Shown: positions 37,949 to 48,414, counted from the stretch's first letter. The stretch: DNA of 64,000 nucleotides from Candidatus Cloacimonadales bacterium (GCA_963667035.1 OY762964.1:2592001-2656000), one strand, 5' to 3'. Notes: generated by a model from the letters alone, not told the origin. A program made the numbers and translations.

Positions 37949-38698
37949 TTATACCTTTTCTGCTATAATTATTAGTCTATCACTACTACCAGTGAATAGA
38001 TTCAAGTTAAAGTCACCATATATGTTTTCAATTTTAAATCCGCAAAGTTCCAACATATCTTGCATTTTGTTTACAGTTACTTCTTTCAATTTTAAAGTAT
38101 GCAAAAATAATTTTTCTTCAGTATTCTTTATAACATATCTATCATTCCATGTAGTTATTTTAGTATCGCTGTCAACAAAGTGACTTGTATACATCTCAAC
38201 TTTACATTCAAATTTAGGATGAAATTCTTCATACAGCTTTATTTCAGTCTGAATAATCGGTATGCTGCAGATATATGGATCTAAATCGAAAGCAATATGA
38301 CCACCCGATTTTATGATATTCTTCATATTATTCAGTGCTTTCATTTGCTCTTCTCTAGTCAATAAGTATTGGAACGTTGTATATGTAACAATACAGAATT
38401 CGTAGCTCCTATTATCAGTGTAGTCAAGCATATCACCGACACAAGAAGTTAATCCGTTAGTTTGTTGTACTTCCATTCTGCTAATAAATGTCTCGGATTT
38501 ATCAATTGCTTTAACAACACAACCGTTCTCTGCAAGAAATTTGGATATTCTGCCGGTTCCGGCTCCAAATTCAATAACATTTTTACCGTAACGCTTGCAA
38601 AGTGTCAACCACATTCGTTTGTCATTATCCTGCTCTTTATTTAGTAGCGATAATTCCCAATCATAGAAATCAACAAAATCATCCCAATTTGTTTCCAC
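37949..38698 (-). CDS. Class I SAM-dependent methyltransferase
   Basis: VIEFGAGTGR motif I, AIDKS, VGDM, IYGDF; GTG start with GGAG RBS. Confidence 0.85.
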   Translation of the reverse strand: METNWDDFVDFYDWELSLLNKEQDNDKRMWLTLCKRYGKNVIEFGAGTGRISKFLAENGCVVKAIDKSETFISRMEVQQTNGLTSCVGDMLDYTDNRSYEFCIVTYTTFQYLLTREEQMKALNNMKNIIKSGGHIAFDLDPYICSIPIIQTEIKLYEEFHPKFECKVEMYTSHFVDSDTKITTWNDRYVIKNTEEKLFLHTLKLKEVTVNKMQDMLELCGFKIENIYGDFNLNLFTGSSDRLIIIAEKV

Positions 38699-38714
38699 TC
38701 ATTCTCCAATATGT

Positions 38715-38740
38715 AAAAAAGGGCAGGTAAACCTGCCCTT
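38715..38740 (-). terminator. Rho-independent terminator
   Basis: AAGGGCAGGT-tt-ACCTGCCCTT followed by a T run on the minus strand. Confidence 0.8.
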
Positions 38741-38758
38741 AATATATTCATTTTAACC

Positions 38759-40375
38759 TTATTTTACAACAACAACTTTCTTTGTTTGTGTATTAGAAGG
38801 TGATGAGAGTCTGAAGAAATAGATACCGCTTCCACAAACTTTACCGTTATCGTTTGTACGATCCCAATTAATTCTAGTGCTTTCATGAGCTGTAAAACTT
38901 CTTACAGCCTGACCAAGAATATTGTATACGGTAACATTAGCAACTTCACCATCTTTAACGGCAAGTTCAAGATTAGTTGAATTTGTAAATGGATTAGGAT
39001 AAGCATTACCTAATATTGTGCGTACAACAGGAACAAACTCTTCTTCTTTAAGTTCAATAGAAACCGGACCATGATAGCTTATGTTTCCATCAATTGCAAC
39101 TGTCTGTAACCAATAAGTATAAACCATATTAGTATCAAGTTCTTTATTATCGTTAACTCTATAAGAATGAGGACCCATAGCGTTTTGTGAGCCTATTTTA
39201 ACAGCAGAATCGATATCTGAGTTATCTGATCTTAAAACGTTGAACAATAATACATCTGTTTCTGTTGCAGTTTCCCAAGAAATATCTACAGAACCTTTAT
39301 CCATACCAATAGCTAAGTTAAGAGGTCTAGCAAATTCTACGTTTGTATTGGGGTCATTATCTTGGTAGATAACAAACTGCTCAGTAGACCTACCGGCTGT
39401 AAATGTCCAAGTAAAAGTAACTTTACCAGCTACATAATCAAAGACTGCTCCAGGGATAATACCTGAACCGATATGAGCAACAACACCATCAGTAGGAACT
39501 GTATTATTTAAAACAATAGTCAGTTCAATAGCGGCATTGATTGTTATATTGTATTGTTCGTTAAAAACATCTTCCGGATCTAATGGATAACCTGAACCAT
39601 CACCCATGTCAACTGTAGGAGCCGGTGTTCCTTCAGGAATATCACCTTCAAAATCAACACCATCACCCGGATTATGATATGGTACAGTTGTGAAAGACCA
39701 TACAGGACATTCGACTGCATCACCTTCGCCATTGAAAGGAACAACCTGCCAGTAATATGTTTTTTCATAATCAAGGGCAGGGTTGAAAGTTGTTTCAACT
39801 TGGTTAGCAATTTCTTCAACTGGTGGATTCTCTGTTCCGAAATATACTTTGTAACCTGTAGCACCCGGTGCTACATTCCAGCTAAGTTCTACATCAATTG
39901 CTGCATCAGCAGTTGCATCAGCTGGTGCAACCAATGTTGTTGGGTCTGGAACTGGGGTTACCCCGGCAATCATTGTGATAGGATTAGGAACTCCTGTCCA
40001 ATATTGGAAACCTTCAGCAGCGCCAGTTATAGTTTCAGTGATTTCTAAGTAATCACCTGTTGAAATCTGCTCAACACGAATATCTACAACATGACCGGCA
40101 GCCCATGGAGTATCCCAACCTGCACATTGAATGTTTAATGCAGAAAAACCGTAACCGTTCAAATCTTCATTATAATTTGTTCCGCCAAGATGCTCATCAC
40201 TTAATATTTCAGTTGGGAATTCAGCGGTTCTAACTGCAGACCAAGTAATATCTGCTTGAGGAACTGTTGCTCCTTCAGAGTTTACGAATCCAACCATAAT
40301 TGTATAAGGTTGTGCGAAAACAACGCCTACAAGACCAATTAATAAAAATAATGATATAAGAATTTTTTTCATCAT
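38759..40375 (-). CDS. Secreted protein with FN3/SusE-like module and FlgD-Ig/T9SS-type C-terminal domain
   Basis: Signal peptide; GYKVYFGTENPP..YYWQVVPFN; WETATETD..FNVLRS; NAYPNPF...YNILGQ..SGIYFFRL. Confidence 0.8.
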   Translation of the reverse strand: MMKKILISLFLLIGLVGVVFAQPYTIMVGFVNSEGATVPQADITWSAVRTAEFPTEILSDEHLGGTNYNEDLNGYGFSALNIQCAGWDTPWAAGHVVDIRVEQISTGDYLEITETITGAAEGFQYWTGVPNPITMIAGVTPVPDPTTLVAPADATADAAIDVELSWNVAPGATGYKVYFGTENPPVEEIANQVETTFNPALDYEKTYYWQVVPFNGEGDAVECPVWSFTTVPYHNPGDGVDFEGDIPEGTPAPTVDMGDGSGYPLDPEDVFNEQYNITINAAIELTIVLNNTVPTDGVVAHIGSGIIPGAVFDYVAGKVTFTWTFTAGRSTEQFVIYQDNDPNTNVEFARPLNLAIGMDKGSVDISWETATETDVLLFNVLRSDNSDIDSAVKIGSQNAMGPHSYRVNDNKELDTNMVYTYWLQTVAIDGNISYHGPVSIELKEEEFVPVVRTILGNAYPNPFTNSTNLELAVKDGEVANVTVYNILGQAVRSFTAHESTRINWDRTNDNGKVCGSGIYFFRLSSPSNTQTKKVVVVK

Positions 40376-40385
40376 TTACCTCTTT

Positions 40386-41054
40386 TTACTTTATAGTTCT
40401 TCCAAATGCTCTTCCATGTGAAGATTGGAAATTACTATTACTATTTATCATTGTCCTGACTTCAGGAGCAGGCCATGTAGAAGCAGTAGTGACATTAACC
40501 ATAAAAGGCATAGCAATATCAGTATCAAATGAACCACTCCAACCAAACATACCAGTTACATATTGATTCCAAGATTGACTTGAAGCATTCCAACTAGAAA
40601 TAGATGTTGCACCGATTTCATCACCTACAGTGCTAGAGAGTAAAAGGTCAGATCTATCTAATGGAATCATAACCAGATTTGATCCAACTTCCAAATTGTA
40701 ATTTGGTTGAGTTATCATAGAACCTGCACAATAGAAAGTACCAGCAGCAGTAACATTCAGCATTATACCCATTCCATCGGCTAATGTAAATGAACCACTC
40801 CAACCAAACATACCGGTTACATATTGATTCCAAGATTGACTTGAAGCATCCCAATTAGAAATAGATGTTGCACCAATAGCATCACCAAGATCACTACTAG
40901 TTGCATATCCAGACTGCATTGGAAGTGCAATTAAATTACTACCCGCATACAAGTCGTATTTAACATAACCGACTGTTTCGCTGGGGTCTGATTCAACAGC
41001 AATGAGAAAAGTTACAGCTAATAACAATATTAGCGGTATTATTACTTTCTTCAT
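40386..41054 (-). CDS. Small secreted protein with two 87-aa internal repeats (GSNLIALP/GSNLVMIP) and a basic tail
   Basis: Signal peptide; AGGAGG RBS; IGATSISxWxASSQSWNQYVTGMFGWSGSF occurs twice. Confidence 0.8.
   Translation of the reverse strand: MKKVIIPLILLLAVTFLIAVESDPSETVGYVKYDLYAGSNLIALPMQSGYATSSDLGDAIGATSISNWDASSQSWNQYVTGMFGWSGSFTLADGMGIMLNVTAAGTFYCAGSMITQPNYNLEVGSNLVMIPLDRSDLLLSSTVGDEIGATSISSWNASSQSWNQYVTGMFGWSGSFDTDIAMPFMVNVTTASTWPAPEVRTMINSNSNFQSSHGRAFGRTIK
40527..40874. repeat. Intragenic direct repeat, 87 bp x2 (40527-40613 and 40788-40874)
   Basis: 84/87 identical by manual alignment; 261-bp spacing. Confidence 0.85.
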
Positions 41055-41120
41055 AATTCCTCCTAAAATTATTTAAGACCTTACCAAAAACATCCTTATT
41101 TTACACATTCCCACGTTCCC

Positions 41121-41149
41121 ATAATGTTGAGTAATCAAATGTATGTCAA
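41121..41149 (-). promoter_or_regulatory. Candidate sigma70 promoter
   Basis: TTGACA-N17-CATTAT on the minus strand upstream of the 41054 gene. Confidence 0.55.
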
Positions 41150-41559
41150 ATAGTTTTTCTTTTTTCCTCTATTTAATTGATATGTTAATATTATGCGAAC
41201 TTCCTTTAACCACTAAATTTCAATCAGTTACAGCTATTCCCACATTGCTTTTGATACTAATGCCTCATTCCCTTTATCATTTTCCACCAGTATGTTACAA
41301 GATTTTTACACTTTTTTGTATTTTCTTTGTTTTTCTAATTACATATCGGTTTTAAATTAGATTCGGTTATGTCCATATATGAATTATTACTAGCAACATA
41401 TTTCTAATCATTTCTGAAGGGTCTGTTGTTCGATCTTGTAAAAGTTTCTATAAAACTCTATCCATATCGCTCTTTTTTGATTCACTATTCATGTGTTTGA
41501 ACCTCCTTTTCATTGTCTATAATGTGCTTAATCGCATTGTGAGGTTTTCACACTTTTCT

Positions 41560-41751
41560 TTTTACTCCCCCAATCAATAATTTCTTCTTTTTGCTTCCAT
41601 TCTGGTATACTTCCAACTACCGATTTCTCGTAAGTTTTTCTCTCATTTCTCTCTCGTTTCTCTCCCGTTGCGAGCAACGGGAGACCAACGGGAGAGCAAC
41701 GGGAGACTAACCCGAGAGAAACCCCAGGTTGGTGGACGTGCAAAATGAGTG
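41560..41751 (-). repeat. Dispersed 11-bp-phased palindromic element, copy B (inverted)
   Basis: Reverse complement aligns with copy A over about 190 bp, including the tail ..aaaaagaagaaattattgat..gggagtaaaaa. Confidence 0.85.
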
Positions 41752-41933
41752 AATTAAGAGACAAAAATAGGAGAGAAATAGGAAGGAATAGGAAATTGAT
41801 AAAATGAATTTAGGACAGAATCCGTTGGGTGCATCCCAGTGTAACAATTCAGGTTAAAAGAAAACAGTTTCGAGATGCATCTTAACTCTTTATAGAGTGC
41901 TTGATTATGATACTTAGCTAAATAATCTAGATG

Positions 41934-42839
41934 CTAACTATTCTCATTTATCATCTTTAAGTATTGTCTACTTTCTTCAAGATGCGGATTAATCTTAATT
42001 GCTGTATTAAAGCAGCTCTCAGCTTCCCCTATTCTTCCAAGCTTAAAGAGGCATATTCCCTTTAGATTGAATGCTTTCGCCAAATCTCTGTCCCAACTGA
42101 AGCTTTGGAGCATAAATGTTTTATCATATTGCAACAAATCCTCTTCAGAAACTCCTTTATCCAATTGACTCTTAAGCACCGCCTGTGTTTCAGGCTTATC
42201 ATCTAATGTATAGTAGTCTCTTTTCAGCATACCCATATAGCGAGATACAAAATCCATTCTGTAATCAATACCTTCTGAAACAATAGTTAACGCTTTTTCA
42301 TAATTTTCGAGCTCCAAAAAGATGCTTGCAGCTCTAAAAGAAGCATAATCAGGCTCAGGGGAAACCTCTGAAGATTTAAGGTAAAATTCAGCTGTTTTCG
42401 ATTTGTCACCCATCTTTTTATATACTTCCGCTATGTTTAAATAATTCAGATGGGCTTGTTCAGGATACTTGTCAGCTAGTTTTGACAGTATATTCAAGGC
42501 TTTATTATAATGCCCAAGTTCTCTATGTGCCAAGGCAATATTGCCAATCGCATCTTTTATTTCAGGATCAATGCTTAGCACCTTGGCATAAAGATTTATA
42601 GCAGGAACAAACTTCCTATCTTTCAAGAGTAAATCAGCTTGTTCTTTTAGTGATAAAGCTTCTTCTTCCCTACCTTTAGATCCGACGTCTTTAAGCCACT
42701 GCGGTTGTAGCAAAGTAAGAATACCAAAGATTATAAGAACAACCCAAACACCAAAGATAGCCCCGGGAGTAATATAATCAAAAGCAAGCCTTTTTCTCTT
42801 ATCTCTCTTATTCGGTTGTATGGATGATAAAAAGAACAT
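41934..42839 (-). CDS. Membrane-anchored tetratricopeptide repeat protein
   Basis: N-terminal TM; TPR-like repeats (AINLYAKVLSIDP..DAIGNIALAHRELG; AFNLKGICLFKLGRIGEAESCFNTAIKINP). Confidence 0.8.
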   Translation of the reverse strand: MFFLSSIQPNKRDKRKRLAFDYITPGAIFGVWVVLIIFGILTLLQPQWLKDVGSKGREEEALSLKEQADLLLKDRKFVPAINLYAKVLSIDPEIKDAIGNIALAHRELGHYNKALNILSKLADKYPEQAHLNYLNIAEVYKKMGDKSKTAEFYLKSSEVSPEPDYASFRAASIFLELENYEKALTIVSEGIDYRMDFVSRYMGMLKRDYYTLDDKPETQAVLKSQLDKGVSEEDLLQYDKTFMLQSFSWDRDLAKAFNLKGICLFKLGRIGEAESCFNTAIKINPHLEESRQYLKMINENS

Positions 42840-44037
42840 TTTTCCCCTCTTTAGTTAGTCTATTAAACAATGCCACAGCTCTATCGTTTTTCAATCTGAA
42901 TACTTGTATTCCTGTCAGTGAATGCTCATTATAGACAAAATCCCACTCTTTGAAGTTCTCAATCACACCTCGAGCACCTTTACCATTAGCTCCGGCACCG
43001 AGAATCAAGATATCAGGTTTCATCTCAAAAATAGTGTTTAAATCTCTCGCATTGAACGATGATTTCTTATCAACCGGTCTGAATGTCCCATTAGGGAATA
43101 TCATGACATCGTAAAACGGTATAACGAAGCCTTTATAGATAGTAAGACCATTGGAAATATGAGTTATACCCTTATCTTTATTAAAAAAGAAGAATACACT
43201 CTGTCCGATTATCAAGGCTATTAACAGACCCAGGAAAAGTCTTTTGAAAAACTTGATTCTACTAAAATGGAAAACTATAAAGAATAGTACAAAACCTAGG
43301 ATAGTAAGCCCTATTATCCTCATCCAGTAAATCTTATCTGTGAATAAAGAGCTATTCAGAAGTAAGAAGAATACGAATACTGCCTGTAACAAAAGCATAC
43401 TAAGCGGGGAAGAAGAATAATCTTTCAGCTTCTCCTGCCTAAACTTCCAACCATTCTTAGCTATCTCTCCATGCTCAATCATAAAGAATACAAATGTGAG
43501 TCCAATGATTGCTCCCCACCCATCTTTTCCGATGTCTGATATGTCAAATATCCTACTTGAGATAAATACTTGAGCAAATTCATCAAATATAGAAGCACAT
43601 AAAGCCATTATGAAAGTCCATTTTATCACTTGGACATCAGTTGCTCCTCTCTCTCTGAACAATCTGAAAGCAATAAAAGCAAAAATCCCATAGGCAAAAT
43701 AGTGCCAATTGAACTGTAACTCATAGAAAGCATGATTAAAATAATAGTCTGATAGCTTCTGCCCTATACCAAATAGGATTATGATAACTCCCAACACTCC
43801 CCAACGCCACAAATCCATCTTCTTTCTAACGCTTATAAGCAGTGTAAGAAGGAGTATTACAGCTATTACAAGTACATTGGGTATAAAGTACTCTCCTACA
43901 TTGAATCCTGACCTTGATAAGTCACCTATGGCTCTTTGCAGATAGTTCTGTAGCATTAAAAAAGGTGTTAATACTAACAAGGCAATGTATAGCACCATTT
44001 GCCATAACTTAGAAAAAAATAAACTCTCTTTATTCAT
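42808..44037 (-). CDS. Multi-TM VanZ-like protein fused to a C-terminal Mth938/DUF498-like domain
   Basis: HYFAYG..SIFDEFAQVFISSRIFDISDI (VanZ); DVMIFPNG..KPDILILGAG..GIQV..AVALFNRL..GKNVLFIIHTT (Mth938-like). Confidence 0.7.
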   Translation of the reverse strand: MNKESLFFSKLWQMVLYIALLVLTPFLMLQNYLQRAIGDLSRSGFNVGEYFIPNVLVIAVILLLTLLISVRKKMDLWRWGVLGVIIILFGIGQKLSDYYFNHAFYELQFNWHYFAYGIFAFIAFRLFRERGATDVQVIKWTFIMALCASIFDEFAQVFISSRIFDISDIGKDGWGAIIGLTFVFFMIEHGEIAKNGWKFRQEKLKDYSSSPLSMLLLQAVFVFFLLLNSSLFTDKIYWMRIIGLTILGFVLFFIVFHFSRIKFFKRLFLGLLIALIIGQSVFFFFNKDKGITHISNGLTIYKGFVIPFYDVMIFPNGTFRPVDKKSSFNARDLNTIFEMKPDILILGAGANGKGARGVIENFKEWDFVYNEHSLTGIQVFRLKNDRAVALFNRLTKEGKNVLFIIHTTE

Positions 44038-44134
44038 CTGTTTCCCCTTGTGAAATAATCTGTTTAGCAGAATGTTTTAAGTCAAGAGATAAATTCGGAT
44101 ATTTATGAAGCATAAATAGTTAGTGTTTATTGCT

Positions 44135-44162
44135 AAAATGGCGACCGGTAGGTCGCCATTTT
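44135..44162 (-). terminator. Terminator after surface paralog 1
   Basis: AAAATGGCGACC-N4-GGTCGCCATTTT. A second hairpin TCCGGAACT..AGTTCCGGA lies at 44197-44227. Confidence 0.8.
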
Positions 44163-44236
44163 TGGTAGTTAGGGAGATCATTTATGAGAAAACATCTCCG
44201 GAACTGCCCCCTAACAGTAGTTCCGGATAATAATGA

Positions 44237-47200
44237 TTATTTCTTCTTATTAACTTTAAGCTCAGGTTTGTGTTCTTTATATTCTGCCCATCTTAAACTT
44301 CTCAGATTTGTTCTTTGACTTAGACTGAATACAGGAGCTGCAACACGTACAGGAGCTTCGTCAGTTGCTGTCACTTTTACGAAGTAATGATTACCGGGAA
44401 GTAAAGATGCATCCATAGTAGCTGAGTTTGTTGGCCATGAACTTAGATAAGTTAACTCATTAGCTTCAAATTCCGGTGTTTCTTCTACATATACTTTGTA
44501 AAGTGTAGCACCGGAAACAGCATCCCATGTTAGATTCATTAAACTACCGTCATATGATAATGAAATGTTTGCAGGTATATCTAGTGGTATTGGAGGTTCA
44601 ACCAAATCTTCTACTGAAGTAGCAAAAGCTATTGCCAGGTCATTTGATATAGGACCGCCTACACCGTTGTTTCTGTATTGGATACCAATTGTTCCGTCAG
44701 CATTCTCTATACCGATACAGGCATCGCCGGCAATTGATTCAACACCTGAATCACCGTTAGGATTTAAATAGTTCTGATATTGTATTTTTATCCTTCCGCT
44801 AGGATAAAGTATTACTTGAACATCAATGTATTCATTTAAATCACTGTAATCGTTGTACATCATTGCAGTATAAACAAAGTTGCCGGCTACATCATTTCCA
44901 TAGTATAGTACCGATGGTATATCTTCAGGATCTGAGTCCATGGATGCAAATGCTATTACATCATTAGGTCCGGAAGAATTAGGAATAACCAAATTCTCAT
45001 GATTTTGCCAGCCTGAGTCAACTGTGCCAAACTGAATTGTTCCGTTAGAACAGATAGACAACTCGGTATAATCATTACCAAAGTAATTGAAAGTAAATCC
45101 AATAGGAACATTCTGTGCAGAAGCATCATCTCCAAGTGAAATTACAGTACCGGTTTCACTGATATCTACCCACTCAAAGGTAGGTTGATAGCCTAAAGCA
45201 CTACCTTCATCAGTATTATTAGCAAAGTAGTAACCATCATAAAGTGTACCGTCTCCACCATAGTTAGGATTAGATAAAGTAGTGTAACTATAACTAGCTT
45301 CCGGTGCAGGGCCTTCACCATTCTGATTATAACCTGTTACATACCAGTAATATGTTGTATCATAATCAAGAGGAGATGTAAGAACCACACCTGTATAGTC
45401 GCCAACATCTGTTTGGATAAATTCTTCATTATCCAAGCTTACGTACAAGTAATAACCTGAAGCCCAACTGTCAGCATTCCACTGGAATGTAGTGTATTCA
45501 CTTATACCGGTAGCAAGATTTTCCGGTGTAGTCAAAACAATCTCTTCAGGAGTGTTTGCATAAGTAGTAAAACTCCATACAGGACATTCAGTTGCATTAC
45601 CATTTGCATTGTAAGGGATTACTTGCCAATAATGTGTAACGCCACCGGCCAAATCAGTAACATCATAGGTTAAATCTGTGCCATTATCATTCATGCTAAG
45701 AATATTTGTTGGTGGATTATCTGTACCGAAATTCAAATAGTACCCATCAGCGAAGTTAGCAGAATTCCACTCAATAGTTAATGCAAATTCTTGATCAATA
45801 GCCCCGTCAGCAGGTGATACTGCTGTTGTAGCTGCAGGAGGTGTAGCTACTGTTGTAAAGCTCCATACAGAAGCTCCACTGGCATCACCGTTAGCATTGT
45901 AAGGTACTACTTGCCAATAATATGTAACGCCACCGACTAAACCACTATAATTATAAGTAGTTGCATCATCTTGGTTAACCCCATTTAGAATATTTGTTGG
46001 TGGATTGTCTGAACCAAAATACAATTTATAGCCGTCGGCATACAAAACACTATTCCATTCAAGTGTTCCTACTGCAAGCTGATCAACAGCCTCATCGGCA
46101 GGTGATACGAGTGTAGTAACTGCTGGAGGTGTAGTGTTATCAAAAATGTAGATGTCATCTATTGCGATATCTCCAAGATAGCTGGTTGATTCCATACCTC
46201 TAAAGTCTAAAGATACGGTTTGTCCTGCATATTCCGAAAGATTCACCAAACCCATCATCCATTCAGATTGTCCTTCAGGAGATGCAATAGTTACTACGGA
46301 TTCATCAGTTGTTTCACCATTAATAACATCTATATGCAATTCAGTAGTATTAGCATTCTTTCCAATCCAATAGTAGAAAGTAAAAACCGGATTTGTCAAA
46401 CTACTCAAATTGAAAGTAGGTGTATATAGATGAGCAGGAATTACGTTAGGATCTGAATCATCAAGGAACATCATATATCCGCTATTACCTGTATGCTCAG
46501 AAGATGCTGTATAATCATAAGACGTACCTTGATAAGTTTGCCAACCATTATTGCTTGAATCAGGATTACCTACCCATTCAAGTGGAAATTCAGCAGTGTC
46601 AAAAGACTGTGTATAAGGGAAAGCTGCAATAATGGGATCAAATCCTTCACCTTGTACCGGAATATTATGAGTTTCTCTCGTAACATTGTCAACAATCACA
46701 ATATTGTCGCTGACAATTCCTTCAGAAACAGGTTGGAAAGTAACTTCAAATGAAGCAGATTGAGTCGGTGCAAGAGTTAATGGATATGAATTACTATCAT
46801 TTATCGAGAAGTAAGTTCCTGTTGCCATTGCAATCGGATTATTAATTACCAAGTCTGCTCCACCATTATTAGTAATAGTAAACATTTGAGCATCACTTTG
46901 TATATTGATGTAACTCATTCCAAAATCTTTGGATTCTGGATTTATTGAGAACTCAGGTATTTCAGGAATATCACCGAACAGTATTCTAATATTCGGAATC
47001 GAAGTTCTAAGATAGGATGCAGTCGGAGGACCTGTTGGATCTGGATTAGTTGAATCACTTCTATAAATTAGAGAACGACTTTCCTCAACTGTTGTACAGA
47101 AGAATTCATCTGAATTAGTTTCGCAATTTGTTTGATTTTCATCAATGGCAATAACTAAATTATCAGTATTATTATAATTGAAAGGCATATCCAAATTTAA

Positions 47201-48268
47201 CTCAATCCAACAATCTTCTGTTGGATAAGGGTCTAGGGTCACAGAAGCAACTTGCATCAAGTTATCGACTGAAATCCAATCAGTTGTTGAGGCAAACTCT
47301 GTTAAATTGGTATGTCCCATATAGATAACCCACTGAGTTGAATGTTCAAGATCACTATAACCATTGTAATGATACCAAATTTTCTCTATTCTTCTGCTCT
47401 CGACATTTACCTCACTTTGAAGATAGATGCTTTGAGAATATGAATAGCCATAATATGGCTCGATGGGGAGACCTTCGCCTACAACACTTCCATTACCAAT
47501 AGCAATAACATCTGGACCCAAAGGAGTAGAGAATGAATAAACAGGAGATTCAGCTTGTAGTCTTACTACAGTATTCTTTGAAATCACTTTCCAGTAATAT
47601 GTTGTTGTATAAGCTAGTCTTCCCGGAGAATAGTTACCAGCTTCTCCGGCAGTAGCATTATCTATAACCAAATTAGTTGGTGGATTATCTGTACCAAAAT
47701 ATAAGTCATAAGTCTCAGTATTAGCACCAAAAGTCCATGATATTGAAGTGTTTGTTGGCAAATCAAGAGCACCATCTGCAGGTGAAATATTTGAGATTAC
47801 TTCAGGTGTACTAGGGTCTTCGATTACAGCACTCATATCGATTTGATAAGCACCTTCAGAATCATCCCATCCTTCCACAACTATGTAATAATCAGTATTA
47901 GCATCAAGGGCTAAATCTAATAATGAAGAAGTATTATTAGGAAGACTAGAGCCATCCGGGTAATATCCATCATCATTAGACCAAAGCTGAGTAGTTTGAT
48001 CTGCAGCATAAACACGCAAGTATGTGTCAAAACTTGAATTATCAAGTAATATATCAAGATCAAGAATTGCGAATGGTGAATTAATCACATAGAATGCATC
48101 TGCACTAGCATTATCAATAGTATTTGTTAATGTAGTTGTATCCCCAGTGTCGGTATAGGGAAAGTCAGTATTTGTAATCGGGACAGCAGTAGCAAAAGTA
48201 TCTCCCCCAATAGCAAACAATCCTAAAACCAAAACAAATAACATAAGGGTCAATATACTTTTTTTCAT
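44237..48268 (-). CDS. Large secreted surface protein, tandem paralog 1 (PPC-like, FN3/SusE-like repeats, ASH-Ig, MAM-like, terminal FN3 and basic tail)
   Basis: Signal peptide; modules shared with 5537..10999; no PNPF C-terminal domain. Confidence 0.85.
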   Translation of the reverse strand: MKKSILTLMLFVLVLGLFAIGGDTFATAVPITNTDFPYTDTGDTTTLTNTIDNASADAFYVINSPFAILDLDILLDNSSFDTYLRVYAADQTTQLWSNDDGYYPDGSSLPNNTSSLLDLALDANTDYYIVVEGWDDSEGAYQIDMSAVIEDPSTPEVISNISPADGALDLPTNTSISWTFGANTETYDLYFGTDNPPTNLVIDNATAGEAGNYSPGRLAYTTTYYWKVISKNTVVRLQAESPVYSFSTPLGPDVIAIGNGSVVGEGLPIEPYYGYSYSQSIYLQSEVNVESRRIEKIWYHYNGYSDLEHSTQWVIYMGHTNLTEFASTTDWISVDNLMQVASVTLDPYPTEDCWIELNLDMPFNYNNTDNLVIAIDENQTNCETNSDEFFCTTVEESRSLIYRSDSTNPDPTGPPTASYLRTSIPNIRILFGDIPEIPEFSINPESKDFGMSYINIQSDAQMFTITNNGGADLVINNPIAMATGTYFSINDSNSYPLTLAPTQSASFEVTFQPVSEGIVSDNIVIVDNVTRETHNIPVQGEGFDPIIAAFPYTQSFDTAEFPLEWVGNPDSSNNGWQTYQGTSYDYTASSEHTGNSGYMMFLDDSDPNVIPAHLYTPTFNLSSLTNPVFTFYYWIGKNANTTELHIDVINGETTDESVVTIASPEGQSEWMMGLVNLSEYAGQTVSLDFRGMESTSYLGDIAIDDIYIFDNTTPPAVTTLVSPADEAVDQLAVGTLEWNSVLYADGYKLYFGSDNPPTNILNGVNQDDATTYNYSGLVGGVTYYWQVVPYNANGDASGASVWSFTTVATPPAATTAVSPADGAIDQEFALTIEWNSANFADGYYLNFGTDNPPTNILSMNDNGTDLTYDVTDLAGGVTHYWQVIPYNANGNATECPVWSFTTYANTPEEIVLTTPENLATGISEYTTFQWNADSWASGYYLYVSLDNEEFIQTDVGDYTGVVLTSPLDYDTTYYWYVTGYNQNGEGPAPEASYSYTTLSNPNYGGDGTLYDGYYFANNTDEGSALGYQPTFEWVDISETGTVISLGDDASAQNVPIGFTFNYFGNDYTELSICSNGTIQFGTVDSGWQNHENLVIPNSSGPNDVIAFASMDSDPEDIPSVLYYGNDVAGNFVYTAMMYNDYSDLNEYIDVQVILYPSGRIKIQYQNYLNPNGDSGVESIAGDACIGIENADGTIGIQYRNNGVGGPISNDLAIAFATSVEDLVEPPIPLDIPANISLSYDGSLMNLTWDAVSGATLYKVYVEETPEFEANELTYLSSWPTNSATMDASLLPGNHYFVKVTATDEAPVRVAAPVFSLSQRTNLRSLRWAEYKEHKPELKVNKKK

Positions 48269-48414
48269 AATTGGATAACTCCATATATATTGTTGTTTAG
48301 TATTAATTTGTTTGAAAAGCTATTTATGAATACAAAACTCTCGTTTCGTATTCTGAATAGAATTCGAATATTCTCCTTGTTGTCCTGGTGCATTTCCTTT
48401 TACACCACCCCTTT

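Noticed and set aside
41528..41764. 78-aa ORF
   Set aside because: It lies almost entirely on repeat copy B and the frame is not kept in the other copies.
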